From the human T2T-CHM13v2.0 reference genome, Homo sapiens, in NCBI RefSeq assembly GCF_009914755.1, contig NC_060925.1: a stretch of 64,000 bases of DNA; one strand, written 5' to 3'. The position numbers and the translations under genes are program-made. The notes under the pieces were generated by a model. The model worked only from the letters and a program-made list of their open reading frames with translations. It did not search any database and was not told the origin of the DNA. Below are positions 60,431-64,000 of this stretch, in pieces; positions within the stretch are counted from its first letter, which is position 1, and each line of letters begins with the position of its first letter.

Positions 60431-62663
60431 CAATTTTACTCCCTTCTCTCTGCACTGCCACCATCTCTGTCACTGCTCCCACATTCCCACAATCTTTACA
60501 CTGCTCCTCACTTGTAGTTCACGACATCTCTCAGTAATAAACTCTTGAACTCACCTTTAATAATAATTGTACCACTTCTGTTGTCCTAGCTAGCTTCAGC
60601 TCCAAGCTCTTCTCCTTCCCTGGTATCCTCAAACCTGACATTGCTGACCCTTCACACAACCTCCCTGATTTTAAAGGCTTTGACTCTGGGTGTGATGCCC
60701 ACTGAAGCTGTCACTGTGACTGATTAGCACAGGTTCTGCCAGCTTCAACCCTGCCTGCCCCCCTTCATGAACTTCACTCCATATAGGAAGCACGGCTTAC
60801 TTCAAAATGGAAAAAATGTGTGAAAGAATCTTAGAGATGGTATTACAATTTAGTTTTCATTATTACTGAGTGGTTAGAGAAGGAGTGGACAAATCCAAGA
60901 CTATCTTGAAGTGAATAGAAACTTTCACTTTATTCTAGCACTTGCTAAGTTGCTCTCATTCTGCAAAGTCACTTTCACAGCATCCTTTTGACATTTAGAC
61001 CCATTATTGCTATGAACTCTCATTGTCCTGTGTTCCTAAACTGTCACTGCATCCTTTGTTTTGTTTGACTTGTTACTGTTTTTTATAAGAGTTCATTTTG
61101 AATGTGACCTCAATGTGATAAATGTTATAGTTGTTTATCAGGTGGGTCTAATCTTGCCAAGCATAACTCTGACTCAAGTTCCACAGACTCCCAACTAAGC
61201 CACTAGTTTATTCACAAAAGTTGCCAGGTTTTCTGGTTATATGGCTCTTTCTCACTGTGTATATTATTGCTCTGTAGTTAGAAGACAAAGCTAGAGTTTT
61301 GGAGGTTATCTTTGTTTTTGTTGTTGTTGTTGTCTTTTAGTCTCTAATATTTAAACTGCTCCCAGATAGGCTCCCAGATATAAACTGCTCTCAGATATTT
61401 TGATGGATCCACTCTACTGCTTTCTTTTTTCTACTCTACCTTCGCACTTTAGTCATTTGGTAATTGCATTCTAAAATTATTTGAAAATAACCAGTCTGTG
61501 ATTTCAGAGCATTAAAATATATGCATAAAAACCTGTACTAGTGCCTTCTACATCCTGCATCAAGTCCAGAATTGTTCTCTAATTTCAAATTCCCTAGCAA
61601 TTCAACACCACTTTCACCCAAATATTCCCTCATTATTTTTTAGCATGCACTCTCTGATTTAGTAAGTACATTTTTAGTATAATTCCTATTGCATACTACA
61701 CACACTCCCAACTCTTGCCCTTTGCCAAGATCTTTCCCCAATCTAGAATTCATTTCCCCTTTGTCTCTTCCAGCCTCATCTCCTTTACACTACCGTATAA
61801 ATTCAGTCTTTGCCTGTCTTGTTCACCACTATATCCCAGTATAAAGAAATTTTCCTGGTACATGATAAAGTCTCAGCACATATTTATACACTTACTAACT
61901 GACTGTTCTTCAAAGCCCACTTCAAAGCTAATCCCTTTCTTAACCCACTCTATCTAGTAGTACAGCGTGTAGATGCAATTTTCTTATTGCATTTGAACTT
62001 CCAGAGAGCTCCTGGTGCTGTAGAGTTCTCTGACAGGACAGTCTGATTCTCATCATGTGTATTAATTAGTAATTTGTGGTTAAAGACATCATCTTGGAGG
62101 TCCCTGTTTTGTTTGACATCCTGGAATACTTCTACACTGCGCTACTGCAAGAAAAATGATTTTAACATATTTTAGATTTTCTGTAATTTAAAAGAAGATT
62201 ATTTATACTCCAAAGATAAAATCAGTAGCAATTACAAGAGAAGTTCAAAAGTAACTTTTTTATAAATGTCAAGTCAAGGCGGGAAAGCAATTATATAAAG
62301 TGATTCAATATCATATTGGACTCACTCAAGATTAAGAAATAGTGGCATTTTTCTTGTTTTGACCATGAAGCAAAATAGTTAAGGGTAAAGGAACATTATG
62401 TAATTTATTATAAAATAAATATAATATAGCCCATATGCACTAAAAAAATCCAGTGGCAATCTCCTAATACTGAAATGACTCATTTACAAGCCAAATGTAA
62501 AATGGGCATCAAAGACATATGGTAAGAAGCATTCAAAGACAATCTTGGACTATCATATGCATGTCTGTAAAATAGTCCACAATTAAATTTACTAATTCTG
62601 GGGAAGAGTAAGCTCTCTTTGGACTATCTCAGCTTTGATTTACTTCTTAAAAAGGACACTCTT

Positions 62664-62840
62664 TTTTCTGCCCTTATTGAGGTATAATTAACAAATAAAA
62701 GTTATACGTATGAGGCACAAGGTGATGTGACATATGTATACATTGTGAAATGATTACCATAATCAGGCTAATTAACATATCTATCCACCTCATATGGCTA
62801 CCTTTTTGTGTGTGTTGTGAGAACATTTAAGATCTACTCT
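62664..62840 (-). mobile_element. Short L1MA (MA9/10-like) 3' end
   Basis: TTATTGAGGTATAATT ... ATGTATACATTGTGAAATGATTACCA ... TTAAGATCTACTCT. TSD GACACTCTT (62655-62663, 62841-62849). Confidence 0.85.
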
Positions 62841-63463
62841 GACACTCTTCTTAATCTAACTTGAATTCTTGGTTGAAGGGGGACTTTGGTGACCTTTATG
62901 CTATTCTCCTCAAAACCTTAAAAAGTGGTTTAGTTGGCATCATTTCACAGATCTCAAAACACTCCTTTGTGCTGAGATTGTATCTAGAATGTATTGATCA
63001 TGGCATTTTCCATAGAGAATCCTTTTGCTACATTCATTTCAGGCCTTTTCTTGAACTGTCCTTGTGCCTAGGGTTCCAGCAAGCTGGTTCTCTTGCTCTG
63101 ACTCTAATACGCCCATGATGCTTTTCACTCTTTCCTTGTAACCACAATTGTGTTAGCAAATGAGCCTCAAGGAGCTGAAAAACTGATCTTCAGCTGATGG
63201 GTCTTTTTGACAAGTTTAGAGGGTTTGTCTAAAGTAGGAATTCTTTATACATTCAACATTAGATAAAGTATAAACATGATTACATTTTATAAATAGCTGT
63301 TTTGAATCAGCAAAACTAAAAAATTTTGATTTAGCCCTTTGGGGCCCATTTATTCTCTAGGGCAAACAAATGATGTCTATGGTCCTCTTCTTTGAGGGGC
63401 CAATTAGATTAGGACATAGCAAAGCTTACTCAATGTCTACTTTTTTTTTTTTTTTTTTTACAG

Positions 63464-63516
63464 TCACAATATTCTTCTCTATGAGGATGGGCATGCTGTG
63501 GTGGCAGATTTTGGAG
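63464..63516 (+). CDS. TNNI3K: TNNI3K internal coding exon (kinase subdomains VIb-VII; probably exon 18): (S)HNILLYEDGHAVVADFG(E)
   Basis: T19-ACAG acceptor, GAG|GTGAGA donor, 53 nt, phase 2 to phase 1. Contains NIL and DFG motifs; peptide recognised as TNNI3K. Confidence 0.96.
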
Positions 63517-63600
63517 GTGAGATACCCCAAAATGGCATCCTTTTTTTCTTTGTTCCTAGCTGGTACAATATGGTGCCTGATATTGTACCATGAAACTGAA

Positions 63601-63648
63601 CACTGAACACTGACAGCTATACTACACTGAACACTGACAGCTATCCTA
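63601..63648. repeat. 24-bp tandem duplication in the short intron
   Basis: CACTGAACACTGACAGCTATACTA / CACTGAACACTGACAGCTATCCTA. Confidence 0.9.
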
Positions 63649-63857
63649 CCATAAATCATTCAAATTTCAATGACCCTACATTTTGAAACTCTGTCATTTA
63701 TTTCTAGTTTTTCTTCTTTCTTATCTCCAGCCAAGAGAAGGGAAGTGAGAATTTGAATAAGACAGAAGTCTCTTGAGGTTTCAAAATTTTAACTGTGATC
63801 TTTTACCTTGGTTTTAAGATATTTCCTTTGACGTGATTTATTTTCTCTTTCCCTCAG

Positions 63858-63910
63858 AATCAAGATTTCTACAGTCTCTGGATGAAGACAACATGACAAA
63901 ACAACCTGGG
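63858..63910 (+). CDS. TNNI3K: TNNI3K internal coding exon (activation loop; probably exon 19): (E)SRFLQSLDEDNMTKQPG
   Basis: TTTTCTCTTTCCCTCAG acceptor; joins the previous exon in frame (G+AA = Glu); 53 nt; donor GGG|GTTTGC. Confidence 0.95.
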
Positions 63911-64000
63911 GTTTGCTGCTGCTTGTGTTTCCTATAATTATAAACCAATTAAAATATGTAAACTCAGCATGAGAGGACGTAAGATGAGAGCAGTTTTAAT

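Noticed and set aside
63370-63659. ORF-track entries overlapping the TNNI3K exon
   Set aside because: Wrong frame or antisense; the spliced HNILLY...DFG frame explains the sequence.

Overview
AT-rich primate (most likely human) genomic DNA lying almost entirely within one very large intron of the cardiac kinase gene TNNI3K (+ strand; the exons are shared with the FPGT-TNNI3K readthrough). The only host coding sequence is two 53-nt kinase-domain exons at the right end (HNILLYEDGHAVVADFG and ESRFLQSLDEDNMTKQPG). The rest is interspersed repeats: Alus, MIR/L2/L1/CR1 relics, solo LTRs (LTR8, THE1, MLT1, LTR16), DNA-transposon MITEs (MER2, MER5, MER1B, MER30, MER47, MER85) and a 6.5-kb defective, 3'-truncated HERV-I/HERVIP10-type provirus in sense orientation. 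I found no support for a novel multi-gene system. The most distinctive structure not explained by repeat families is a set of local copies: two long inverted duplications, two direct templated insertions flanked by 10-11 bp duplications, a perfect 28-bp hairpin and a double snap-back scar. Splice-related oddities include a weak GTTTGC donor, a consensus donor inside the ERV LTR and a possible recursive splice site. Repeat family names come from recalled consensus sequences, boundaries of old repeats are approximate, and identities are hand counts.
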